Assembly: GCA_041640295.1 (NCBI GenBank)
Contig: JBEQAR010000001.1
Location: forward strand, 16,453-80,452
DNA from: a bacterium
GTDB taxonomy: Bacteria; Patescibacteriota; Minisyncoccia; UBA6257; HR35
Length of the DNA stretch: 64,000 nucleotides
Direction: 5' to 3'
Below, piece by piece: positions 56,790-64,000 of this stretch. Both the position numbers and the translations under genes were made by a program. Numbering within the stretch: position 1 is the stretch's first letter; each line of letters opens with the position of its first letter. The notes beneath the pieces were generated by a model. The model worked only from the letters and a program-made list of their open reading frames with translations. It was not told the DNA's origin and made no database searches.

Positions 56790-59135
56790 TCAGTTAATTA
56801 ATACTGAATCAATCTTGAAAGAAACAATCTTAATTGGTTGATTGGTTCTTTTTATTTCTTTAATATCTTTAACATTAATAAATTCTAATTTTTCATTCAC
56901 CACTATAATTTTATCATCATTATTTACTAAGTCAACAAATATTGGCAATCCAAATTTTTCTTTTAAATCAAATATTTTAATACCCCTTCCGCCTCTTTTT
57001 TGAAAATTAATTTCTTTAACTGGAAATTTTTTAGCATAACCTTCAGAAAAAATAATTAAAACATAATTTTTATCAACAAGAGAGGCATTAATAACCTCAT
57101 CACCACTTGCAATTTTTATTAACCTTACCCCTGATGAAGCTCGTCCTTGAAGAGGAATTTCATCTTTAATACCCAAAGCCAAACCATTACGAGTAAAAAT
57201 TATTAATTGTTGGTTATTGTTAATTGGTAAAATTTTCACTAATTGATCGTGTTGTTTAATTTTTATTATTTGGGTACCAGTTTTCCTATTGGTTAAAACA
57301 TCAGAAGCTTTTATTCTCTTCCCTAAACCGAAACGAGTAAGGCATAAAAAGAAATTATTGTTCGTTAATCTTAATACATCCAAAATGTGTTCATCTTTCT
57401 CTAAAGAAATTGTTGATTCTAAATATTTTTGTGATTCATAAAATTCAATTACAGGAATATTGTAAACTTTTCCTTTATGTGAATAAACTAAAATTTTTTC
57501 CTTGGTGTTAGTAAGTAAAATTTTTCCAAACTCTTCTCGGTTTTTAATAATTTTTGCCAAAGGAGTATCTAATTTAAATGATTTAACTAATTTCTTTTGA
57601 TTAATAAAAAGTAAAATATCTTCATCGATAATTTCTTTTTCTTCTCTAACAACAATTAAATCTTCTTCAATAATTTTGGTTCGGCGCTCATCACCATATT
57701 TTTTAATTAAATCATCAATATCTTTGATTATTAATTCATCAATTTTTTTAGGATATTTAAGAATCATCTCTAATTCTGCTTTTAGTTTTAATTTTTCATT
57801 CAATTCATCAATTATCTTTTTTGTTTCTAAAGAAGTTAATGATCTTAAAGGCATTTCTAAAATAGCTTCTGCTTGACGTTCATTAATTTTCAACTTAAGC
57901 ATTAAATTCTTTTTAGCAGTTTGTTTATCTTGTGATTTTTTAATTATTCTAATAACTAAATCGATATTTTGAATTGCTTTTTTGAACCCTTCTAAAATTT
58001 CTATTCTCTCTTTGGTTTTTTCTAAATCATATTTAGTTCTTCTTCTAATAACCTCCCGACGATGCTGAAGCCAATTCAACAATATATCTTTCAAATTAAA
58101 AATTTTTGGTTGGAGTCCATTTTCTAAAGCTATAAGATTGAAGTAATAATTTTTTTGTAAATCAGTTAATCGATAAAGTTTATTAATGGTGTTTTGGATT
58201 AATTTTTCATCTTTATCAGCTAATTCAATAATAATTCTGATCCCTTCCCTATTTGATTCATCTCTAACTTCTTTAATTTGAGGAAGAATTTTGTTTAAAC
58301 CTAAGTCAGCAATTTGTCTAACTAATTCTGCCTTATTTACCTGCCAAGGAATTTCAGTAATCACTAAATATTTATTACCCCTTTTTGTTTCTTCAATTTG
58401 AACTTTTCCTCTAACAACTACACTTCCTTTACCGGTTTTATAAGCTTCTAATAAATTTTTTTTACCATAAACAAAACCACCGGTAGGAAAGTCTGGACCT
58501 TTAATAACTTGAAGAATATCTTTGATTGTTGACTCTGGTTTATTAATTAATAATTTAATAGCCTGCCCAACTTCAATTAAATTATGGGGAGGAATGTTGG
58601 TCGCCATTCCTACCGCAATTCCTAACGAGCCATTAACAATTAAGTTTGGTAATTTCGAGGGTAAAACAACTGGTTCTTTGCGGGTATTATCATAATTTGG
58701 TCTAAAATCAACAGTATCTTTATCAATATCAACCAACATCTCAACAGCGATATGAGACAATTTAGCTTCTGTATAACGATAAGCAGCGGGTGGATCACCA
58801 TCTAAAGAACCAAAATTTCCCTGCCCCCAAATAAGAGGATAACGTAAAGAAAAATTTTGAGCTAAACGAACTAAAGTTTCATAAACTGCTTGATCACCAT
58901 GAGGATGATAACGAGCAATAGTATTTCCTACAATATTAGCACATTTAGTAAATTTTTCATTTGGCCAAAGACCTAATTCTTTCATAACAAACAATATTCT
59001 TCTTTGAACTGGTTTTAAGCCATCACGAACATCGGGTAAAGCACGAGAAACTATAACACTTAAGGCATAATCTAAATAAGAATGCTTAAGCTCTTGAGTA
59101 ATTTCAGAAAATTTAATAATCTCTTTCATCCTCAA
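56790..59135 (-). CDS. gyrA: DNA gyrase subunit A (type IIA topoisomerase A subunit)
   Basis: The N-terminus reads [27 protein letters not shown], the active site is [11 protein letters not shown] and there is a C-terminal beta-pinwheel region. The [10 protein letters not shown] context favours GyrA over ParC. No gyrB is adjacent. Confidence 0.85.
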   Translation of the reverse strand: MRMKEIIKFSEITQELKHSYLDYALSVIVSRALPDVRDGLKPVQRRILFVMKELGLWPNEKFTKCANIVGNTIARYHPHGDQAVYETLVRLAQNFSLRYPLIWGQGNFGSLDGDPPAAYRYTEAKLSHIAVEMLVDIDKDTVDFRPNYDNTRKEPVVLPSKLPNLIVNGSLGIAVGMATNIPPHNLIEVGQAIKLLINKPESTIKDILQVIKGPDFPTGGFVYGKKNLLEAYKTGKGSVVVRGKVQIEETKRGNKYLVITEIPWQVNKAELVRQIADLGLNKILPQIKEVRDESNREGIRIIIELADKDEKLIQNTINKLYRLTDLQKNYYFNLIALENGLQPKIFNLKDILLNWLQHRREVIRRRTKYDLEKTKERIEILEGFKKAIQNIDLVIRIIKKSQDKQTAKKNLMLKLKINERQAEAILEMPLRSLTSLETKKIIDELNEKLKLKAELEMILKYPKKIDELIIKDIDDLIKKYGDERRTKIIEEDLIVVREEKEIIDEDILLFINQKKLVKSFKLDTPLAKIIKNREEFGKILLTNTKEKILVYSHKGKVYNIPVIEFYESQKYLESTISLEKDEHILDVLRLTNNNFFLCLTRFGLGKRIKASDVLTNRKTGTQIIKIKQHDQLVKILPINNNQQLIIFTRNGLALGIKDEIPLQGRASSGVRLIKIASGDEVINASLVDKNYVLIIFSEGYAKKFPVKEINFQKRGGRGIKIFDLKEKFGLPIFVDLVNNDDKIIVVNEKLEFINVKDIKEIKRTNQPIKIVSFKIDSVLIN

Positions 59136-59246
59136 CTTTTAATTTTATAAATTTTATTAAAAAATTTTAAATATTATAAATTACTAATCTTAAACTAAAT
59201 TTGGTTAATTCAAAAAATTATTGTCAATGATTGTTATTCAAAAATT

Positions 59247-59474
59247 TTATTTCAGCAATTCAACAAAAAAAGTATAAATATTAGCTAATCCCAATTTAAA
59301 AATATTCGCGGTGGTTGTGATAGCAATTTCAGCTGGTGAAGGTTGAGGTCGCAGAAAAGAAAGAATATGCCCTCCTTGTAACCACCATAAAAAAATTATG
59401 ATCATAAACACAGCAATAGCATATTTAAGTGATCTTATTTTGTTTTGAATGTGTCTTTGTTGTTTATTATTCAT
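59247..59474 (-). CDS. Hypothetical small membrane protein
   Basis: The 75-aa ORF has one TM helix. Confidence 0.3.
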   Translation of the reverse strand: MNNKQQRHIQNKIRSLKYAIAVFMIIIFLWWLQGGHILSFLRPQPSPAEIAITTTANIFKLGLANIYTFFVELLK

Positions 59475-59490
59475 AATTTAAAACTCAAAG

Positions 59491-59973
59491 TTAAACAAGA
59501 ATATAATCTTTCTCTTCAATTTTTTTAACATTAATTTTAGCTTCTTTTACTTTTTCTCCTTTAATATTATTTTTATTATCAACATCAATTAATATCTTTA
59601 ATTTTAACTTATTTTTAATTTTAAGTAAATCAGGTAATTTGCCTTTAATTAAAGCAATATCAATTTCTCCCCACTCATCTAAAATTTGATTAAGTAATCC
59701 GTCATTAATATTATCAGTTAAATAAATAAAATTAATTCCTTTATAATTAAAAACATAAATTAATGATTTATTGCTAAGATATCCTTTAAAATATACACCT
59801 TGAACTTCATATTCTCCGGGCAAATTAAAAAATTTATTAGTATTGAGATTTTTTTGAATATCTGATAAAATTGTAATACAATCAAGATTATCCTTAATTT
59901 TGGTTGGATCAAAAATTATTCTTTTATTATCCAAAAGTATTTCTAAATCATCGTGAATTTTTTTTATAATCAT
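59491..59973 (-). CDS. Hypothetical protein
   Basis: 160-aa ORF with no recognisable motif. Confidence 0.35.
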   Translation of the reverse strand: MIIKKIHDDLEILLDNKRIIFDPTKIKDNLDCITILSDIQKNLNTNKFFNLPGEYEVQGVYFKGYLSNKSLIYVFNYKGINFIYLTDNINDGLLNQILDEWGEIDIALIKGKLPDLLKIKNKLKLKILIDVDNKNNIKGEKVKEAKINVKKIEEKDYILV

Positions 59974-60064
59974 TTTTTTATAAAAATTTTATATTATTTG
60001 ATAAATTCGATCTTTAATATTAAAATAATAAGTGTAAAAGCAATTAAATTTAATTATAACATAA

Positions 60065-61096
60065 ATGACTTTAGTGTTAACAAGTAATTTAACAATGAAG
60101 AAAAAATTAGATGTAGGAGCGATTATTAGTGGAAGAGTAATTAAAAAAAGAGCGCGAGAAATATTTGTTGATCTTTCCCCTTATGGTATAGGTAGGGTAT
60201 ACGGAATATATTATTTAAGAAACAAAGATTTAATTGATAAATTAAATGAGGGTGATGAAGTTGTAGTAAAAATTATGAGTTTAGATGATGGTTATGGTAA
60301 TTTTGAAATTGAATTTCAAGATTCACACTTTGTTAATAATTGGCAAAAGATAAAAGAGTTGATGAATAATAAAGAAGTTGTTGAATTAGAAATTAAAGAA
60401 GCAAATAAAGGAGGATTAATAGTTGAATTAGAAGGAATAAAAGGATTTGTACCTGCCTCTCAACTAACGCCCGAACATTATCCTCGACTTAGTGGGGGTG
60501 ATAAAAAACAAATTTTAGAACATTTAAATAAATTTGTAGGTTCAAAATTGAAATTAAGAATAATTAATTTTGATCCCTCGGGAGGTAAATTAATTTTATC
60601 AGAAAAAGCAGTTAAATTAGATGAATATTTGAAAGTTTTATCACAATTTAAAGTTGGTGATTTAATTGATGTTGAGGTTTTGGGCATCAGTTCATTTGGG
60701 GTTTTTGTTAAGGTTAATGATAATCCTCAAATTGATGGTTTAATTCATATCACTGAAATTCCGGAAAATCTTAAAAATTTAGAAGAATCATTTCCTAAGG
60801 GTAAAGTTATTAAGGCGAGAATTATTAAAATTGAAAATGATCGCGTTAATTTAAGCTTATTAGAAGATCCGTGGGTAGAATTTGTTAACAAACATAAAGT
60901 CGGCGATGTATTAGAAGGATTAGTTTTAGAAAAAAATAGCGACATATTTGCCGTAATTAAAGTTGGAGAAGTTAAAGGAATACTGCTTGATAATTTAGAT
61001 AAAATTGAAGTTGAAAAAAAATATCAATTTAAGATTAATAAAATAGAACCTCAAGAAAAAAAACTGATTTTAGATTTAGTTGTCAATAATGGATAA
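60065..61096 (+). CDS. rpsA: 30S ribosomal protein S1-like protein with four S1 domains
   Basis: There are repeated S1 OB-fold motifs, including GDLIDVEVLGISSFGVFVKV and GKVIKARIIKIENDRVNLSL. The 343-aa product is a short S1 form. Confidence 0.7.
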   Translation: MTLVLTSNLTMKKKLDVGAIISGRVIKKRAREIFVDLSPYGIGRVYGIYYLRNKDLIDKLNEGDEVVVKIMSLDDGYGNFEIEFQDSHFVNNWQKIKELMNNKEVVELEIKEANKGGLIVELEGIKGFVPASQLTPEHYPRLSGGDKKQILEHLNKFVGSKLKLRIINFDPSGGKLILSEKAVKLDEYLKVLSQFKVGDLIDVEVLGISSFGVFVKVNDNPQIDGLIHITEIPENLKNLEESFPKGKVIKARIIKIENDRVNLSLLEDPWVEFVNKHKVGDVLEGLVLEKNSDIFAVIKVGEVKGILLDNLDKIEVEKKYQFKINKIEPQEKKLILDLVVNNG

Positions 61097-62915
61097 GAGA
61101 TTACTAAAATATTTAATTATTTTTGTCTTAATTATTTTCTTCTTCTTTCTATCATCAGCTTTCTTTTTTCAAAAATCGGTAAAGAATATTTCTTTCTTAG
61201 AACTAAAAAGGTTAATTGAAGATAATAAGGTAAAAGAATTATTTGTTGATGAAAATGCAATTATTGTTCAAACATTTGATAATAATTTTTTCAAGGTCAA
61301 TAAAGAAAGTAATCTTAGTTTTTGGCAAATTGCTAAAGATCTCCAAATATCTACACCTACTTTATTAACGTTAAAAATTACTTCTCAAAATAAAGGTTAT
61401 AAAGATTTAATTATAGTTATTTTAGTTAATCTTTTGCCTGTTTTAGTTATTATTTGGTTATTTTGGTATATGTTTTCACAAGCTCAGAAAGGAGCGGGAC
61501 AAATTTTTTCGTTTTCTCGCTCTGGAATTAGAGTTTATGATCCTAGAAAAGAAAGAATTACTTTTAATGATGTTGCTGGTTTAGAAGAAGCAAAAGAAGA
61601 ATTAAAGGAAGTAATTGATTTTTTAAAAAATACTCAAAAGTTTTTAGCTTTAGGCGCGAGAGTGCCTAAGGGTGTTTTATTAATTGGACCTCCGGGAACA
61701 GGCAAAACTCTCTTAGCAAGAGCAACAGCTTCAGAAGCTGGAGTTCCCTTCTTTTATATTTCTGGTTCAGAATTTATTGAATTATTTGTCGGTATTGGTG
61801 CCTCAAGAATAAGAGATGCTTTTGCTGTAGCAAAGAAAAATTCTCCTGCTATTTTATTTATTGATGAGATTGATTCTATTGGTAGAATAAGAGGTTTAGG
61901 AATTACTGGTGCTCATGAAGAACGAGAACAAACATTAAATCAATTACTTTCAGAAATGGATGGATTTGAGAAAGAAATACCTTTAGTGGTTTTGGCAGCT
62001 ACCAATCGTCCTGATGTTTTAGATCCAGCACTCTTAAGACCCGGTAGATTTGATCGCAAAATATTTTTAGATCTACCAACTGTCTCTGAAAGAGAAGAAA
62101 TTTTAAAAATTCATTTAAGAAATAAAAAAGTAGGTAAGGTTGATGTTAAGCAAATTGCTGAAAGAACGCCTGGATTTTCTGGAGCAGATTTAGCTAATTT
62201 ATGCAATGAAGCAGCAATCTTTGCTGCTAGAAAAAATAAAAGTCAAATTGAACAAGAAGATTTAAATGCGGCGATTGAAAAAGTTTTATTAGGACCAGAA
62301 AGAAAATCAAAAGTTTATACTAAAAAAGAAAAAGAAATTGCTGCTTATCATGAAGCGGGTCATGCTATTGTTGCTCATTATCTTCCCCATTCTTCGCCTG
62401 TTCAAAAAATTTCAATAATTGCTCGTGGTCGAGCTGGTGGTTATACTTTAAAAACACCATTAGAAGAACGAACATTTTATTTTAAAAAAGAATTTTTGGA
62501 TGAATTAGCAAGTATGTTAGGTGGTTATGCAGCTGAAAAATTAATTTTTGGCGATGTTTCAACTGGTGCCAGTTCAGATTTAGTTATTGCCACTAATTTA
62601 GCTAAAGAATTGGTTGTTACTTATGGAATGTCAGAAAAATTTGGACCAATTAGTTTAAGTAGAAAACAGGAATTAATTTATGGCGTGAAAGAATTCGTGG
62701 TGGAAAAAGATTATTCAGAAAAAACTGCTCAAGAAATTGATGAAGAAGTAAAAAATATTTTAAACAATGCTTTAGAACGAGCAACAAAAGTTTTAGAAAT
62801 AAAAAAAGATAAATTAGACTTAATTAGCAAAACATTAATTAAAAAAGAAACAATAGAAAAGAAACAATTTGAAAGATTAATTGGTGAAGAAAAAGGAAGT
62901 TTAACTAATATTTAA
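61080..62915 (+). CDS. ftsH: ATP-dependent zinc metalloprotease FtsH
   Basis: An N-terminal TM pair is followed by an AAA module ([13 protein letters not shown] and the SRH motif) and an M41 HEAGH zinc site. Confidence 0.95.
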   Translation: MSIMDKRLLKYLIIFVLIIFFFFLSSAFFFQKSVKNISFLELKRLIEDNKVKELFVDENAIIVQTFDNNFFKVNKESNLSFWQIAKDLQISTPTLLTLKITSQNKGYKDLIIVILVNLLPVLVIIWLFWYMFSQAQKGAGQIFSFSRSGIRVYDPRKERITFNDVAGLEEAKEELKEVIDFLKNTQKFLALGARVPKGVLLIGPPGTGKTLLARATASEAGVPFFYISGSEFIELFVGIGASRIRDAFAVAKKNSPAILFIDEIDSIGRIRGLGITGAHEEREQTLNQLLSEMDGFEKEIPLVVLAATNRPDVLDPALLRPGRFDRKIFLDLPTVSEREEILKIHLRNKKVGKVDVKQIAERTPGFSGADLANLCNEAAIFAARKNKSQIEQEDLNAAIEKVLLGPERKSKVYTKKEKEIAAYHEAGHAIVAHYLPHSSPVQKISIIARGRAGGYTLKTPLEERTFYFKKEFLDELASMLGGYAAEKLIFGDVSTGASSDLVIATNLAKELVVTYGMSEKFGPISLSRKQELIYGVKEFVVEKDYSEKTAQEIDEEVKNILNNALERATKVLEIKKDKLDLISKTLIKKETIEKKQFERLIGEEKGSLTNI

Positions 62916-64000
62916 ATTTCTGGTACCTCTGAACCTGGAGGAACGTATCTAACGGGAATTTTTTCAATACCATAAGCAGGGACTACTTCTTGAGGAACAT
63001 GGAAAATAGATGCTAGTTCCTCCGTATTTAATATTATTCTGTTAGAAGAAAAGTCAGTTGGGAATCTACCTTTAGTATATAACCAAATAAATCTTTTTCT
63101 AAAAAATATCTTCTCATCGTAAAATAAAATTTTTCCAGATATTGGCTTATCAATAGTAGTAATTGTTTTAGTATCACGCAAAATTCCATTACCACTTGGA
63201 TTATCAAAAACCTTTAAGGTACCCATAACTAAAGCTACATTCTTTTCTAAATTTTTTGCAAAAATATCCTTTTTAGCTACATAAGAAAATCTAATTGTAC
63301 ACCAATAACCTGGTTTAGATATCTTCTTTTCAATCGATTCTATAACTTCCCGCTCTCCTGGTGATAATTTCATAATTGAAACATCTTCAGCTTTTTGTTC
63401 TTCTTTACCAACCTTCCATTCAATTTGCTGACCAAGCATTGCTAAAAAAATATTTTTAATAAATTCTGCAATATAAGCAAAGGGACCTGGCTCTACTTTT
63501 TCTTTTCTTCCCATTAATTTACTTACTTCTTTTTCTCCTCTTTTTTGCCACTCAACACCGAATTCTTTATCATTGCCTAAAACAGGCATCGCCATTATTT
63601 GAAGAACTATCCATTCTTTATCTGTTAAATAACTAACACCTTCGGAAATAACAGAAATAGGATCAATTTTTTCTTCATCTTTTAGATTTTCCCAAACTTT
63701 ATATGTTTTTATAGGATAATAATTTTTGGGTGTCATTCCATCATCTTCCTTGCGAGTAAAAGTATACTCAGTACCAAAAACATTAAATGTCGGATTAGGA
63801 ATTTTCCAAGGTAAATCCTGTAATGGATCTTCAACTTCTTCAATTAAAGCTGCGGGATATTGTGAATATATTCTACTTGTGACAAAATCTTTAAGTCTTT
63901 CTTGGCATCGGATCAAAAATCTTAATTTACCATTATGACCGATTAATTCAAAAATATAAAAGGGTGGAGTAAAACCTAAAATATATTTACTATATGGATC
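62912..64000 (-). CDS. Hypothetical protein, partial; the N-terminus lies beyond the window end
   Basis: The ORF stays open from the stop at 62912 through position 64000. The ORF track's TTG start at 63916 sits inside this continuous frame. No motif is recognised. Confidence 0.4.
   Translation of the reverse strand, partial: DPYSKYILGFTPPFYIFELIGHNGKLRFLIRCQERLKDFVTSRIYSQYPAALIEEVEDPLQDLPWKIPNPTFNVFGTEYTFTRKEDDGMTPKNYYPIKTYKVWENLKDEEKIDPISVISEGVSYLTDKEWIVLQIMAMPVLGNDKEFGVEWQKRGEKEVSKLMGRKEKVEPGPFAYIAEFIKNIFLAMLGQQIEWKVGKEEQKAEDVSIMKLSPGEREVIESIEKKISKPGYWCTIRFSYVAKKDIFAKNLEKNVALVMGTLKVFDNPSGNGILRDTKTITTIDKPISGKILFYDEKIFFRKRFIWLYTKGRFPTDFSSNRIILNTEELASIFHVPQEVVPAYGIEKIPVRYVPPGSEVPEI

Noticed and set aside
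59974-60064. Divergent intergenic region at the strand-switch point as a candidate origin
   Set aside because: It is only about 90 bp, has no DnaA boxes and no dnaA/dnaN nearby. Divergent promoters alone explain it.

Overview
This is a very AT-rich window, about 25-30% GC by eye, and gene-dense, with nearly all genes on the minus strand between roughly 2 kb and 60 kb. The gene content looks like a small-genome, CPR/Patescibacteria-like bacterium, although that taxonomic guess is inference from composition and gene content.

**What is here**
- Recognisable housekeeping genes: the N-terminus of pheS, recR, dgkA, dtd, glyQS, recO, ctpA, rplI, clpB, a MOP-family flippase, a truB-acylphosphatase fusion, nrnA, znuC and znuA (no permease gene), groES and groEL, secA, dnaB, aspS (the short form without the GAD insertion), a nagZ-like GH3 enzyme, an rpsA-like gene, ftsH and gyrA.
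- A 17-gene ribosomal-protein cluster running rplB to secY with no rpmD. It is cut off on both sides by tRNA genes and unrelated genes.
- Nine tRNAs. Five are in tandem on the plus strand: Leu-TAA, Tyr-GTA, Thr-GGT, Ser-GCT and Ser-TGA. The other four are Ala-CGC, Arg-CCT, Trp-CCA and Thr-TGT. None of them encodes the 3' CCA.
- An rpmG gene, for the zinc-ribbon form of ribosomal protein L33, that the ORF track missed.

**Most interesting observations**
1. A tightly packed minus-strand operon at 41.1-46.6 kb. ComEC, split into a membrane ORF and an MBL-domain ORF, follows four secreted proteins: a membrane-anchored SBP-like protein, two small signal-peptide plus TM-hairpin proteins with VirB2/TrbC-like pilin topology, and a 488-aa secreted protein ending in the same hairpin.
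   - A fourth member of this hairpin family is fused to an M15 (VanY-like) peptidoglycan peptidase and sits next to glyQS.
   - I read this as a candidate novel surface-filament or DNA-uptake module.
2. A roughly 0.85-kb high-GC island at 52.76-53.63 kb made of two tandem, self-contained expression cassettes. Each has a consensus sigma70 promoter, a consensus Shine-Dalgarno and a GC-rich intrinsic terminator.
   - One cassette encodes a small Pro-rich membrane protein and the other a collagen-like (G-P-X)n surface protein.
3. An accessory stretch at 53.8-56.1 kb carrying a hicB-hicA toxin-antitoxin pair, iteron-like GAATATT repeats, a palindrome, and a 257-aa ORF whose TAG stop is followed in-frame, without interruption, by the next 73-aa ORF.

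Other notes include a frameshifted SecE-like mini-ORF after clpB, an L24 with a zinc-ribbon C-terminus, and a large secreted protein with two peptidoglycan-binding domains plus a dockerin module. I found no CRISPR array, integrase or transposase.
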